The notes under the pieces were generated by a model. That model was not told the origin of the DNA. It searched no databases and saw only the letters and a program-made list of their open reading frames with translations. Shown here piece after piece: positions 29,255 through 38,641 of a stretch of DNA of 62,686 bases. Positions within the stretch are counted from its first letter, which is position 1. Every line of letters begins with the position of its first letter. Made by a program: the position numbers and the translations under genes. Location of the stretch: the sequence record DRR723986_11201; one strand, 5' to 3'.

Positions 29255-30322
29255 TCAACGGTAAACCGTAAATTTCTTGGGGTCGAAGGACTCACGCACG
29301 GCCTCACCAATAAAGGTGACCACAGTGAGTAACAGGACCAGGGTTGTGAAAGCCGCGGACACAATCCATGGCGCGGTGCGCAGGTTGGCGGTGCCCTGCT
29401 TCAATAACTCGCCCAGGCTGGGGGTGGGCGGCGGCAAGCCGAAGCCCAGGAAATCCAGCGCGGTGATCGCCGAGATTGCCGACACCACCACGAAGGGCAT
29501 AAACGTCACCAGGGTGGCGAGCACATTGGGCAATATATGGCGAAACACGATCCGGGTATCAGAAGCGCCCAGGATGCGGGCGGCGGCGATATAGTCCCGG
29601 GATTTTTCCTTATAGGTCTCGGTGCGCATGTTGTAGGTCATGCCGGTCCAGGAGAACAGCACCATGATCGCCAGCAGGATACCGATACGTGATGGAATAG
29701 AGAGGCTCGCTGGAATCACCGAGAACACGATGATCACCATGTAAAGAAAGGGAATGTTAGACCATATCTCGATAACCCGCTGGAACAGCAAGTCAAAGAC
29801 GCCACCGAAATAGCCCATAGCGCAGCCGACCGAGATACCGATGAGGTACACCCAGGCCGTGAACGCCAGGGAAAAGATCAGTGCGATGCGGGTGCCATAG
29901 AACAGCCGGGCCAGGATATCGCGACTGGTGGTATCGGTACCGAGATAATGCTGGCTCTCCATCGAGGGCGGGCCGGGCCGGAACACGCCATTTTCGGCGT
30001 CATTTTCGTAGGGGTTGTAAGGCACCAGTGGCATAAGCACCCAGTTGCCTTCACCCTGCTTCTCGAAATGCACTTTCAGCTCGCGATAGTTGACCTCGTA
30101 ATCGTAATCAAGGCCAAAGTCGGTACCCGGGTGGAAAGCAGTGTAGGTGGGAAAGTACAGCTCGCCGTCATAGCTCACCACCAGCGCCCGGCTGTTAACC
30201 AGCAGCTCACCCAGGGCAAGGACCACCAGCAGCACCGACAGAAACAAAAAGCTGTAATAGCCGCGCTTGATATGGCGGAAGCGCCGCAGCTTCTTGAGCG
30301 TCTGTGGATTAAATTTGAACAC
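29255..30322 (-). CDS. Peptide ABC transporter permease (YejE/OppC-like)
   Basis: RRF..IKRGYYSF, HYLGTD, AARILGAS EAA loop, LDFLGFGLPPPTPSLGELL. Confidence 0.93.
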   Translation of the reverse strand: MFKFNPQTLKKLRRFRHIKRGYYSFLFLSVLLVVLALGELLVNSRALVVSYDGELYFPTYTAFHPGTDFGLDYDYEVNYRELKVHFEKQGEGNWVLMPLVPYNPYENDAENGVFRPGPPSMESQHYLGTDTTSRDILARLFYGTRIALIFSLAFTAWVYLIGISVGCAMGYFGGVFDLLFQRVIEIWSNIPFLYMVIIVFSVIPASLSIPSRIGILLAIMVLFSWTGMTYNMRTETYKEKSRDYIAAARILGASDTRIVFRHILPNVLATLVTFMPFVVVSAISAITALDFLGFGLPPPTPSLGELLKQGTANLRTAPWIVSAAFTTLVLLLTVVTFIGEAVRESFDPKKFTVYR

Positions 30323-30325
30323 GCG

Positions 30326-31348
30326 CTACTGGAACCTTATCCGCGGATCAACCACGGCGACCAGCAGATCGGAGAGGATATTGCCGATCAACAGCAGCAG
30401 GCTACTGATCAACACCACCCCCATGACCACGGGATAGTCCCGATCGAGCACCGCGGTGAGCGCCAGCAGGCCGAAGCCGTCAATATCGAAAATGGTTTCG
30501 ATCAGGAAGGACCCGGACACCAGCAGGGTAATGTTCTGGCCGAATGTGGTGGCAATAGGGATCAGTGAATTACGCATCGCATGCCGGGTCACCGCTCGCT
30601 TGAAGGAGACGCCCTTGGCCACCGCCGTGCGCATATAGTCCGCAGCCAGGTTGTCCATCAGGTGGTTCTTGAGCAGCATGGTCACCAGGGCGAAGGCGCC
30701 CACCATATAGCAGATCAGGGGCAGCACCGAGTGCTGCAGGAGATCCAGCGCCTGCTCACCGAACTCTTTGCTGTGGAAGTCGTAACTCACGAAGCCCCCC
30801 ATCGGGAACCATTCCAGCCGCACCGAGAAGTAGAGCAACAGCAGTGAACCCAGGGCATACCCAGGGATGGCGTAGCCAATAAAAATCAGGACCGACGTGG
30901 CGTTATCAACCACCGTGCGGTGCCGGATAGCCTTGACCACGCCCAGCGGGATACAGACCACATAAGTGAGCACCAGGGTCACCAGCCCGTAATAGAGCGA
31001 GACCGGGAAACGGTCCACGATCACATCCCAAACGGGTTCGTTGTAGCGGTAGGAGCTACCGAGGTCACCCGACAGCACCTTGCCCAGCCACTCACCATAG
31101 CTTTGCAGGAGGGGCTTGTCGAAGCCGTAGTATTCCTTGAGTTTCTCTAGCTGGGCCTCAGAAATCGCCATGCCCTGACCCGCCGCCTGACTGCTGATGC
31201 CCGTCGCGGCGTCCATCTGCTGCGCCTCCATGATGGCACGCTCAAGCGGGCCACCAGGCACCAGGCGGGTGATAGTGAAGACGATGATCGTGATACCGAG
31301 CAGGGTCGGCGGAATTAGCAGCAGGCGCCTGAGGAAGTAATCGCGCAC
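30326..31348 (-). CDS. Peptide ABC transporter permease (YejB/OppB-like)
   Basis: YFLRRLLLIPPTL, GDLGSSY, AVAKG, RDYPVV, DPRIRF. Confidence 0.93.
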   Translation of the reverse strand: MRDYFLRRLLLIPPTLLGITIIVFTITRLVPGGPLERAIMEAQQMDAATGISSQAAGQGMAISEAQLEKLKEYYGFDKPLLQSYGEWLGKVLSGDLGSSYRYNEPVWDVIVDRFPVSLYYGLVTLVLTYVVCIPLGVVKAIRHRTVVDNATSVLIFIGYAIPGYALGSLLLLYFSVRLEWFPMGGFVSYDFHSKEFGEQALDLLQHSVLPLICYMVGAFALVTMLLKNHLMDNLAADYMRTAVAKGVSFKRAVTRHAMRNSLIPIATTFGQNITLLVSGSFLIETIFDIDGFGLLALTAVLDRDYPVVMGVVLISSLLLLIGNILSDLLVAVVDPRIRFQ

Positions 31349-31713
31349 TCAGGGCTTGCCGCCGAGGGTCGGGGCAGACGGCAAGGCTCGACGCTTTGTA
31401 CAACTGCTCATGTGCATGGCCGCCCGGTGCCCGTTGTCAGGAAGAAACGTGGTGGCAGAACGAGAAATGATGGTGCCACATCGCCGGGACGCGATAAAGG
31501 GCAGCCGGGAATTAACTTCACCCGAGCCGGGCAGCTGCGGGGGATCAGGCCAGTTCGGGGCGAGGGACCGGCTTTACCCGTATAATTTACCCATGATCCA
31601 TTCACGACCATGAGCCTCAATAGCTGAATAGCTTCCAGACAGCGCGTCTATCGCCATGCTCGAACGCGCCGGGTTTAGACTTGCGCAACAACACTATCTC
31701 GGTGATCCCCACA

Positions 31714-31884
31714 CCCTGCTCTATGTCTGCGAGTGTAGCAACTGATGAAAGACACACTGCCAAATGCGCAAGACCAGGAAAAGGCCCTGTTTTCATTCAT
31801 ACCATGAAGTTAGAAACAGCGCATATTCGCGATTGTCTCTTTCATCGAATTGCAGTAGCGTAAGGACAAGCTGTCCGAGCAGGG
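31714..31884 (+). ncRNA. Putative structured RNA (5' leader or ncRNA) immediately upstream of the HNH nuclease
   Basis: Nested complementary pairs: CCCTGCTC/GAGCAGGG, TGTCT/GGACA, GCAA/TTGC, GATGAAAGA/TCTTTCATC, ATGCGC/GCGCAT, CTGTTT/AAACAG, TTCAT/ATGAA; G.U pairs favour the + strand. Confidence 0.6.
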
Positions 31885-31888
31885 GTCT

Positions 31889-32440
31889 ATGCAGACCATT
31901 CTCAAATTGGACCTGGCCGGCCAACCTCGCGGTTGGCTAAGTGTTCAGGAGGCGGTTTCCGCCTATGCCCGCGGCGATGTCGTTTACGGCATCGGGGACA
32001 CGCTACCCCCGGTATTCGGCGGCATCCAGCGCATCAGCGGCCAGCGCTCCCGTATTGACCTGCAGCCGATCATCGCCCTGCAGGGACGCATCATGAAGGG
32101 CTTCACCCCACCCCTGTGCAACCGGACCCTGTTCCGTCGCGACGATCACCGCTGCCTGTACTGCGGCGACCAGATGGCGCGCTCCGACCTGACCCGCGAC
32201 CATGTCCTGCCCGTGTCACGCGGTGGCACCGATCGCTGGGAGAACGTGGTCGCCGCCTGCAAACGCTGTAACTGGCAGAAGGACAACATGACCCCGGAAG
32301 AGGCGGGCATGCCCCTGCTCGCGGTGCCCTTCCGACCCAACCCCTATGAATGGCACTTTCTCGCCAAGGACCGCATCCTGGCGGACCAGATGGAATACCT
32401 CTCCAGGCAGTTCAAGGCCAAACGCGCCTGGGCCAACTGA
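31889..32440 (+). CDS. Small HNH endonuclease (McrA/HNH_5-type, IshB-like architecture)
   Basis: LFRRDDHRCLYCG...LTRDHVLPVSRGG.DRWENVVAACKRCNWQK: two CxxC pairs and an intact DH..N..N active site; 183 aa. Confidence 0.93.
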   Translation: MQTILKLDLAGQPRGWLSVQEAVSAYARGDVVYGIGDTLPPVFGGIQRISGQRSRIDLQPIIALQGRIMKGFTPPLCNRTLFRRDDHRCLYCGDQMARSDLTRDHVLPVSRGGTDRWENVVAACKRCNWQKDNMTPEEAGMPLLAVPFRPNPYEWHFLAKDRILADQMEYLSRQFKAKRAWAN

Positions 32441-32515
32441 CCCCCTGCTCCGCAGCAAACTGCAAGGCTACACCCCCGAGTCCGCTGGCTCCGTGCCAGC
32501 ACCAGCCCAGGTGGC

Positions 32516-32521
32516 TATAAT
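32516..32521 (+). promoter_or_regulatory. Candidate -10 box of the MoxR operon promoter
   Basis: Perfect TATAAT ~30 nt before AGGAG-ATG of moxR; no clear -35. Confidence 0.4.
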
Positions 32522-32551
32522 GGCCGCTGTCTAAGCAGCCAGGAGCCGCCC

Positions 32552-33520
32552 ATGTCCGGCGAACACCTCACCGCCATCAACGCCATGATGGCGCAAATGG
32601 CCCGCTCGGTTATCGGTCAGGAAGAGGTGGTTCGTACCCTCACCCTGGCCATGCTGTGCAATGGCAACGTGCTGCTGGAAGGACTGCCGGGGACCGCCAA
32701 AACCCGCTCGATCAAAACCCTTGCCCGCGTGCTTTCGGCACGCCTGGGCCGCATCCAGTTCACCCCTGACCTGCTGCCCTCCGATGTTACCGGTAACGAG
32801 ATTTACCAGGACAACCAGGGCAGGTCGGAACTGTGTTTCGAGCCCGGGCCCATCTTCAGCGAGCTGGTGCTGGCTGATGAGATCAACCGTGCGCCGGCCA
32901 AGGTCCAGTCGGCCCTGCTGGAGGCCATGGAAGAGCGCCAGGTCACCGTCGCCGGCAAGACCTACCCGCTGCCCGAATTGTTCATGGTGCTCGCGACCCA
33001 GAATCCGATCGAACAGGAGGGCACCTACCCCCTGCCGGAAGCCCAGATGGACCGCTTCCTGATGAAAATCCGGGTGGACTACCCCGACACCAGCGCAGAG
33101 CTGGATATCGTGCGCATGCTGCAGGCCGAGGAAGGCAAGGCCGGACCGGAACTGACCATGATCGGCCAGGAGCACATCTTCGCGGCCCGCGAGACTATCC
33201 AGCGGATGTCGCTGACCCCCGCCATCGAGCAATACCTGGTCGACCTGGTGATGGCGACCCGCCAGCCCGGTAGCTACAGCGACAAGCTGGGCAACTGGAT
33301 CGATACCGGTTCCAGCCCCAGGGCCAGCATCGCCCTGCACCGCACAGCGCGGGCCAGTGCCTGGCTGGCGGGGCGTGATCATGTCACTCCCGAAGATGTG
33401 CGCGCCGTACTGCACCCGGTGATGCGCCATCGCTTGATCCTCAGCTATGACGCGCTGGCGGATGGGGTCGGGCCGGACGAGGTTATCGACGAACTGGTGC
33501 AACAGGTCGCCGTGGCCTGA
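32552..33520 (+). CDS. moxR: MoxR family AAA+ ATPase
   Basis: LLEGLPGTAKT, RIQFTPDLLPSD, LADEINRAPAKVQSALLEAM, ATQNPIEQEGTYPLPEAQMDRF. Confidence 0.96.
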   Translation: MSGEHLTAINAMMAQMARSVIGQEEVVRTLTLAMLCNGNVLLEGLPGTAKTRSIKTLARVLSARLGRIQFTPDLLPSDVTGNEIYQDNQGRSELCFEPGPIFSELVLADEINRAPAKVQSALLEAMEERQVTVAGKTYPLPELFMVLATQNPIEQEGTYPLPEAQMDRFLMKIRVDYPDTSAELDIVRMLQAEEGKAGPELTMIGQEHIFAARETIQRMSLTPAIEQYLVDLVMATRQPGSYSDKLGNWIDTGSSPRASIALHRTARASAWLAGRDHVTPEDVRAVLHPVMRHRLILSYDALADGVGPDEVIDELVQQVAVA

Positions 33521-33525
33521 AACTG

Positions 33526-34464
33526 ATGGCCGATCCGCACCAGGACGACGTCTACACCAGCCTCAATGCGCTGGTCCGCCTGCGCTACAGCGCCCACGGC
33601 TTCAGCTATCTGCCCCAGCAGCCGGTGCGCTCCCTGCTGGCCGGGCGCAAGCGCTCGCGGCTGCGCGGGCGCGGCCTGGACTTCGACGAACTGCGCCACT
33701 ACCGTCCCGGGGATGACATCCGCACCATGGACTGGCGGGTAACCAACCGCACTGGCAAACCACATGTGCGGGTCTATACCGAAGAGCGGGACCGGCCGGT
33801 GATCGTGGTGGTAGACCAGCGCCTGCCGATGTTCTTCGGCAGCCGAAGCAAAATGAAATCAGTGGTAGCAGCGGAAGTTGCCGCGTTGACCGCCTGGCGG
33901 GTGATCGGCGTCGGTGACCGGGTGGGCGCAATCCTGTTCAACGATGAGCGCCAACTGGAGTTCCGCGCCACCCGCAACCAGAAAAAGGTCATGGGCTGGC
34001 TGGGCGAACTGGTTGCCATGAACAATGATTTGTCGGTCGCGCCCGGCCACCAGAGCCGCCCCGAGGCGCTGGCGGAGGCACTGGCACTGCTCGAACGCAG
34101 CATCGGCCACGATTACCTGGTGATTATCGTCTCCGACTTTTTCGGCTGGAATGACAAGGCACTGCTCGCCCTGCGTCGGATGCGGGAGCACAATGACATC
34201 ATCTGCGCCCTGGTCTATGACCCGCTGGAAAAGAATATTTCGGCCGCCAACCGACTGATCGTGAGCGACGGCCGGCTGCAACTGGCGCTGGATCCGGAAA
34301 AGCAGGGCCTTGGCGAACGCTTTGAAGCCAGTTTCGAGAGCGCGGTGGCAACCGTGGAAAGTGCCCTGCGACGCTATGAAATCCCCATGCTGCCCGTACA
34401 TACCACCGCGCCGGTGACTGAGCAGCTGCGGGAAAAACTCGGCGGCGCCGGGAGATTCGGGTGA
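33526..34464 (+). CDS. DUF58 domain protein
   Basis: GRGLDFDELRHYRPGDDIRTMDWRVT, YTEER, MFFGS, IVSDF. Confidence 0.93.
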   Translation: MADPHQDDVYTSLNALVRLRYSAHGFSYLPQQPVRSLLAGRKRSRLRGRGLDFDELRHYRPGDDIRTMDWRVTNRTGKPHVRVYTEERDRPVIVVVDQRLPMFFGSRSKMKSVVAAEVAALTAWRVIGVGDRVGAILFNDERQLEFRATRNQKKVMGWLGELVAMNNDLSVAPGHQSRPEALAEALALLERSIGHDYLVIIVSDFFGWNDKALLALRRMREHNDIICALVYDPLEKNISAANRLIVSDGRLQLALDPEKQGLGERFEASFESAVATVESALRRYEIPMLPVHTTAPVTEQLREKLGGAGRFG

Positions 34465-34967
34465 GCGCACCGGCCCTGCCGCCCAATTTTGGCAACTACG
34501 CCCTGGGTGAAATGGTGGAAGTTATCGCCCCGCCGGGAATCGACTGGCTACCACAAACCCCGGGCTGGTACCTGGTACTGGCTATTGGGCTGCTATTCGC
34601 CTGCCGCGCGGGCTGGCGTGCACTGCGCAAATGGTATCGCAATCGCTATCGCCGGGAAGCGCTGAAGCGCCTGCGCGAACTGGAGCATCGCGGTGAAGAC
34701 GGCTTTGCCCTGGCACAGAGCGCCAACACCTTGCTCAAGCTCACTGCCATGGCTGCCAGCACCCGGGCACAGGTTGCCAGCCTCACCGGGCAGGACTGGG
34801 TCGCCTGGCTTAATGCCCAGTGCCCGGCTGCGGTGTTCGATGAACAGCCGGCCCGGTTATTGGCAGAGGGCAGTTATCGCGCCATTCCCGTGGACCCCGC
34901 CACCCGGGCATCCCTGTTCAGCGCCATGGCACGGTGGATCAGCGGGCACCGGGACCCGCAGGCATGA
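34461..34967 (+). CDS. DUF4381 domain protein
   Basis: P..IDWLPQTPGW, TM helix, NRYRREAL, ASLTG..W; position in the MoxR/Bat operon. Confidence 0.85.
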   Translation: MSAPALPPNFGNYALGEMVEVIAPPGIDWLPQTPGWYLVLAIGLLFACRAGWRALRKWYRNRYRREALKRLRELEHRGEDGFALAQSANTLLKLTAMAASTRAQVASLTGQDWVAWLNAQCPAAVFDEQPARLLAEGSYRAIPVDPATRASLFSAMARWISGHRDPQA

Positions 34968-35956
34968 TTGAACTCAGCCACCCCTGGGCCCTTACCCTGA
35001 TGTTCCTGCCGGTGCTGATGCGCCTCGTGCCTGCGTATAGGGAGAGTCGCGACTCGGTCAAAGTGCCCTTCTTCGACAAGCTGGTGGAACTGAGCCAGGA
35101 ACGACCGGAGACTGGCGCCATGATCCTCAGGCGCAACCGGCTGCAGCGGGTGCTGGTGGCCGTCATGTGGCTGGCGCTGGTCCTGGCGGCCGCGCAACCG
35201 CAATGGATCGGCCCGCCCATCGAACAACAGAAGTCCGGCCGCGACCTGATGGTAGCGGTAGACCTCTCCGGCTCGATGGACACCGCCGATTTCACCCTGC
35301 CCGATGGCAGCGCAGTGGATCGGCTGCAGGCGGTGAAATATGTGCTGGCAGAGTTGGCTGACCAACGCCCTTCAGATCGACTCGGGCTGATCGTCTTTGG
35401 CAGCGCGGCCTATCTGCAGGCGCCCTTCACCGATGACCACGCTGTGTGGTCCAGCCTGCTGACCCAGACCGAAATCGGCATGGCCGGCCAGAGCACGGTG
35501 TTCGGTGATGCCATCGGCCTGTCGATCAAGCTGTTCCTGGAGTCCGATTCCGACAACCGGGTACTGATCATTCTCACCGATGGCAACGATACCGGGAGCG
35601 TGGTACCGCCGGTGGATGCGGCCAAGGTGGCTGCGACCCATGCGATCCGAATCTATACGATCGCCATCGGCGACCCGGCGGCGGTTGGCGAGGAGGCGCT
35701 GGACATGGACACCATTCGCCGGGTGTCGGAGGTGAGCGGTGGCCGGGACTTCCAGGCCCTGGACCGGGCCCAGCTGGAGTCCGCCTACCGTACAATCGGC
35801 GAACTCGAACCCGACATCTACGAGACCGTCAGCTTTCGGCCACGGCAGAGCCTGCACTGGGTACCGCTGGCGATCGCCTCAACCTTGTTCCTGCTGTTCC
35901 ACAGCTGGAACGCCTGGCGCACCTGGCGCGGCTGGAGACAGGCCGATGTGGCCTGA
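34964..35956 (+). CDS. VWA domain protein (BatA-like)
   Basis: MIDAS DLSGSM, DRLGLIVFG, T.FGDAIG, LTDGND; ATGA overlap. Confidence 0.92.
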   Translation: MIELSHPWALTLMFLPVLMRLVPAYRESRDSVKVPFFDKLVELSQERPETGAMILRRNRLQRVLVAVMWLALVLAAAQPQWIGPPIEQQKSGRDLMVAVDLSGSMDTADFTLPDGSAVDRLQAVKYVLAELADQRPSDRLGLIVFGSAAYLQAPFTDDHAVWSSLLTQTEIGMAGQSTVFGDAIGLSIKLFLESDSDNRVLIILTDGNDTGSVVPPVDAAKVAATHAIRIYTIAIGDPAAVGEEALDMDTIRRVSEVSGGRDFQALDRAQLESAYRTIGELEPDIYETVSFRPRQSLHWVPLAIASTLFLLFHSWNAWRTWRGWRQADVA

Positions 35957-37577
35957 CGCTGCGGTCCTCGCGCATTTTCATTTCCTGCGGCCGGAGTGGG
36001 GGCTGATCCTGCTCCCCTGGCTGTTTATTGTCAGCGTGCTGAACCACCGCGCCGAGCGCCAGGACCAGTTTGGTGACATCATCGCGCCGCATTTGCTCGA
36101 ACACCTGCGGGTGTCGCGCTATCAATCACGCTGGTTCAATCCGCGCCGTTTTACCCAGGTGCTGCTTATCCTGATCACCATCGTGCTCATGGGACCAAGC
36201 TGGCGCCAGCAGCCATCCCCCCTCAGCCAGGACGAGTCGGCGATGGTAATCCTGCTGGATGTCTCCAACACGATGAACCAGCGCGACGTGCAACCCAGCC
36301 GCCTGCAGCGTGCCCGCCAGAAAATCGGCGAGTTGCTGGCCATGCGGCCCGACAAGCAGGCGGCACTTATCGTTTATGCGGGCACCGCGCACACCGTACT
36401 CACCCTTACTGCCGATCGCGAGATCCTCGACCAGTACCTGGCCGCCATCGAACCGCAGATCATGCCCCGCCCGGGCAAATTCCCCGAGTATGCGCTGGCG
36501 GAGATCGACACCGTGCTGCGAGACAGTCCTGCGCCGGCCAGCGTTGTGCTGTTTGCCGATGGTGTGGGCAGCAACAGTGCCGCACAGTTCAGCGCCTTCT
36601 TCGCCAGCCGGCCCCACCAGCTGCTGGTAGTTGGCGTGGGCAGCGAAACAGTGGGCGAGAACCAGGCGCCACTGGAACGCCGCGCCCTCAACGCTCTGGC
36701 CAGCGACAGCGGCGGCAGTTTCATCGAGCTCACCGTGGACGACGCGGACATGCGCAAAGTGAACCGGCGGGTCGACAGCCACTACGTGGTGCGCGAAGAC
36801 AGTGCCCTGCCTTGGCTGGATAGCGGCTATCCACTGATATTCCCGGCCATGCTGCTGTTCCTGATGTGGTTCCGCAAGGGCTGGACACTGACCTGGGCCT
36901 GGGTGCTTGCCCCTCTGTTGCTGGCGGTACAACCCGGCCCGGCAACTGCCGACGAGACGGAACCGGAGCCAACGGAAACTCACTGGTTCGCGGACCTGTG
37001 GCTTACCGGCGACCAGCAGGGACGCCTGATGATGCAGCTCGGGCAGTACCGCGAAGCCGCTGAACGCTTCGATGACCCCTTATGGAAGGGTATGGCCTTT
37101 TACTACGCCGAGGAGTTCATGCTGGCGGCGGAATATTTCTCCCGTTCGGATACAGACCCGGCACTGTTCAACGAGGCCAATGCTCGCGCCCATGCCCGGG
37201 ATTATGTGCGGGCCGTGCAACGCTATGACCGCCTGCTGGCCCGTAACCCTGAGTTCCCCGGCGCCGCGAATAACCGCCAGCGCGTGCAGGCCCTGATCGA
37301 CGAGATCAACCGGATGAGCGAGAGCCAGCAACAGGAGGCGGGGGTCAGCAGCGAGGAGGTGGAGCTGGGCAGTGAGGACGCGATACCCGCCCAGGGTGCC
37401 GAGGAGCTCAACTGGCAGACCGCCGAACTGGTGCAATTCAGTGCCGAGGAAATCCTGCAGGATCCCGCCACCGCCGAGATGTGGCTGCGCGGTGTGCAGC
37501 AGGATCCCTCGAGCTTCCTGGCGATTAAGTTCAGCATGCAGTTACAGCGGCGCGAAGACGGCGGGGAGGCGCCATGA
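35946..37577 (+). CDS. VWA + TPR domain protein (BatB/BatC-like)
   Basis: HFHFLRPEW, DVSNTM MIDAS, FRKGW, DLWLTGDQQG, TPR-like helices; start ATG 35946. Confidence 0.9.
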   Translation: MWPDAAVLAHFHFLRPEWGLILLPWLFIVSVLNHRAERQDQFGDIIAPHLLEHLRVSRYQSRWFNPRRFTQVLLILITIVLMGPSWRQQPSPLSQDESAMVILLDVSNTMNQRDVQPSRLQRARQKIGELLAMRPDKQAALIVYAGTAHTVLTLTADREILDQYLAAIEPQIMPRPGKFPEYALAEIDTVLRDSPAPASVVLFADGVGSNSAAQFSAFFASRPHQLLVVGVGSETVGENQAPLERRALNALASDSGGSFIELTVDDADMRKVNRRVDSHYVVREDSALPWLDSGYPLIFPAMLLFLMWFRKGWTLTWAWVLAPLLLAVQPGPATADETEPEPTETHWFADLWLTGDQQGRLMMQLGQYREAAERFDDPLWKGMAFYYAEEFMLAAEYFSRSDTDPALFNEANARAHARDYVRAVQRYDRLLARNPEFPGAANNRQRVQALIDEINRMSESQQQEAGVSSEEVELGSEDAIPAQGAEELNWQTAELVQFSAEEILQDPATAEMWLRGVQQDPSSFLAIKFSMQLQRREDGGEAP

Positions 37578-38641
37578 ACACCGGCAGCCGCCTGCTGGCG
37601 ATCCTGGCACTGCTGCTGCCAGCCTGGGTTCAGGCCATGACCCCCGCCGACCTGGTTCGCGACGGCAAGCTGGAACTTGCCACGACCCTGCTGCCGGAGA
37701 GCAACATCGTGCCCGGTCAGAAACTGCGCCTGCAGGTGGCGGTCGCTACCGCGACCTGGTTCACCGGCGGCACCCGCATCGCCATTCCTGAGGTGCCGGG
37801 CCTGGTCATCCTGCAGACCGAGCAGTTCGCCAGCAATGCCAGCGAGCGGCGCGGGGACGCGAGCTGGATCGTGCAGCGCTGGACCCTGGATATCTATCCC
37901 CAGCGGGCGGGCGACTTCACGGTGCCTCCACTGCAACTGACCGTGAACGTCAACGCCGGTGAGGCAGGCAGTATCCGGGGAGAAGTCAGCGCTCCCGGGA
38001 TCAGCTTCAGCGCCGTGGTACCGGAGGCACTGGCGGACACCGACAGCTGGGTGGCGGCGCCGGAGTTTTCAGTCAGCCAGCATTTCGATCGCGAGCTCAG
38101 CGGGCTGGCCGTGGGTGACGCCTTCGAGCGGACCGTCAGCTTCCGAGCCCGTGACGTGATGGCGATGATGCTGCCGACACTCCCCGCGCAACCGCTGACT
38201 GGCATTGCTGCCTACCCCCTGCCGCCCACCCTGGACAACCGAAGTAACCGCGGCGAAGCAATCGCGGAGCGGGTCGAGCGGATCAGCTACGTGGCGCAGG
38301 AAGCCGGCACCTATCATCTGCCGGCCATGTATTTTCACTGGTGGAACAGCAACAGCGGCGAACTGGCGCTGGTGTCGGTTCCGGCCGTGGACATTGTGGT
38401 GGGAGCAGGGACATCTGCAGCGAGCGGCGACCGCAACCAGCGGCGCCTGTTGACCGGTGTGCTGGGCCTGCTAAGCCTGGCAGTGCTCGCGCTGCTGCTG
38501 CGCTGGCTGCACCCCCGCTTACCCGCGCTGCCCCGGCAGCGGTTCCAGGCGCTGCCGCAACGTCTGCTGGCACTCTGGCACAGCCTGCGTCAGCCCGCCC
38601 TGCCGGTGAAACTCAACCCCGATAGTAGCGCTGGGGACTGA
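37574..38641 (+). CDS. BatD-like protein (short form)
   Basis: Signal peptide, IYPQRAGDFTVPP, VGDAFERT, FHWWN, C-terminal TM; last gene of the operon. Confidence 0.8.
   Translation: MNTGSRLLAILALLLPAWVQAMTPADLVRDGKLELATTLLPESNIVPGQKLRLQVAVATATWFTGGTRIAIPEVPGLVILQTEQFASNASERRGDASWIVQRWTLDIYPQRAGDFTVPPLQLTVNVNAGEAGSIRGEVSAPGISFSAVVPEALADTDSWVAAPEFSVSQHFDRELSGLAVGDAFERTVSFRARDVMAMMLPTLPAQPLTGIAAYPLPPTLDNRSNRGEAIAERVERISYVAQEAGTYHLPAMYFHWWNSNSGELALVSVPAVDIVVGAGTSAASGDRNQRRLLTGVLGLLSLAVLALLLRWLHPRLPALPRQRFQALPQRLLALWHSLRQPALPVKLNPDSSAGD

Noticed and set aside
31742-31840. Hammerhead ribozyme (CTGATGA at 31742-31748, GAAAC at 31813-31817, GTC at 31835-31837)
   Set aside because: Core words are present, but stems I and II do not pair in the required register, and GATGA is taken up in the 9-bp helix
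31714-31884. 6S RNA, retron msr/msd or canonical HEARO/omega RNA
   Set aside because: No 6S conserved central-bubble flanks or zapA/ygfA context; no reverse transcriptase; no RuvC motifs in the ORF and no IS200/605 ends
32531-33502. 323-aa minus-strand ORF
   Set aside because: Antisense shadow of moxR
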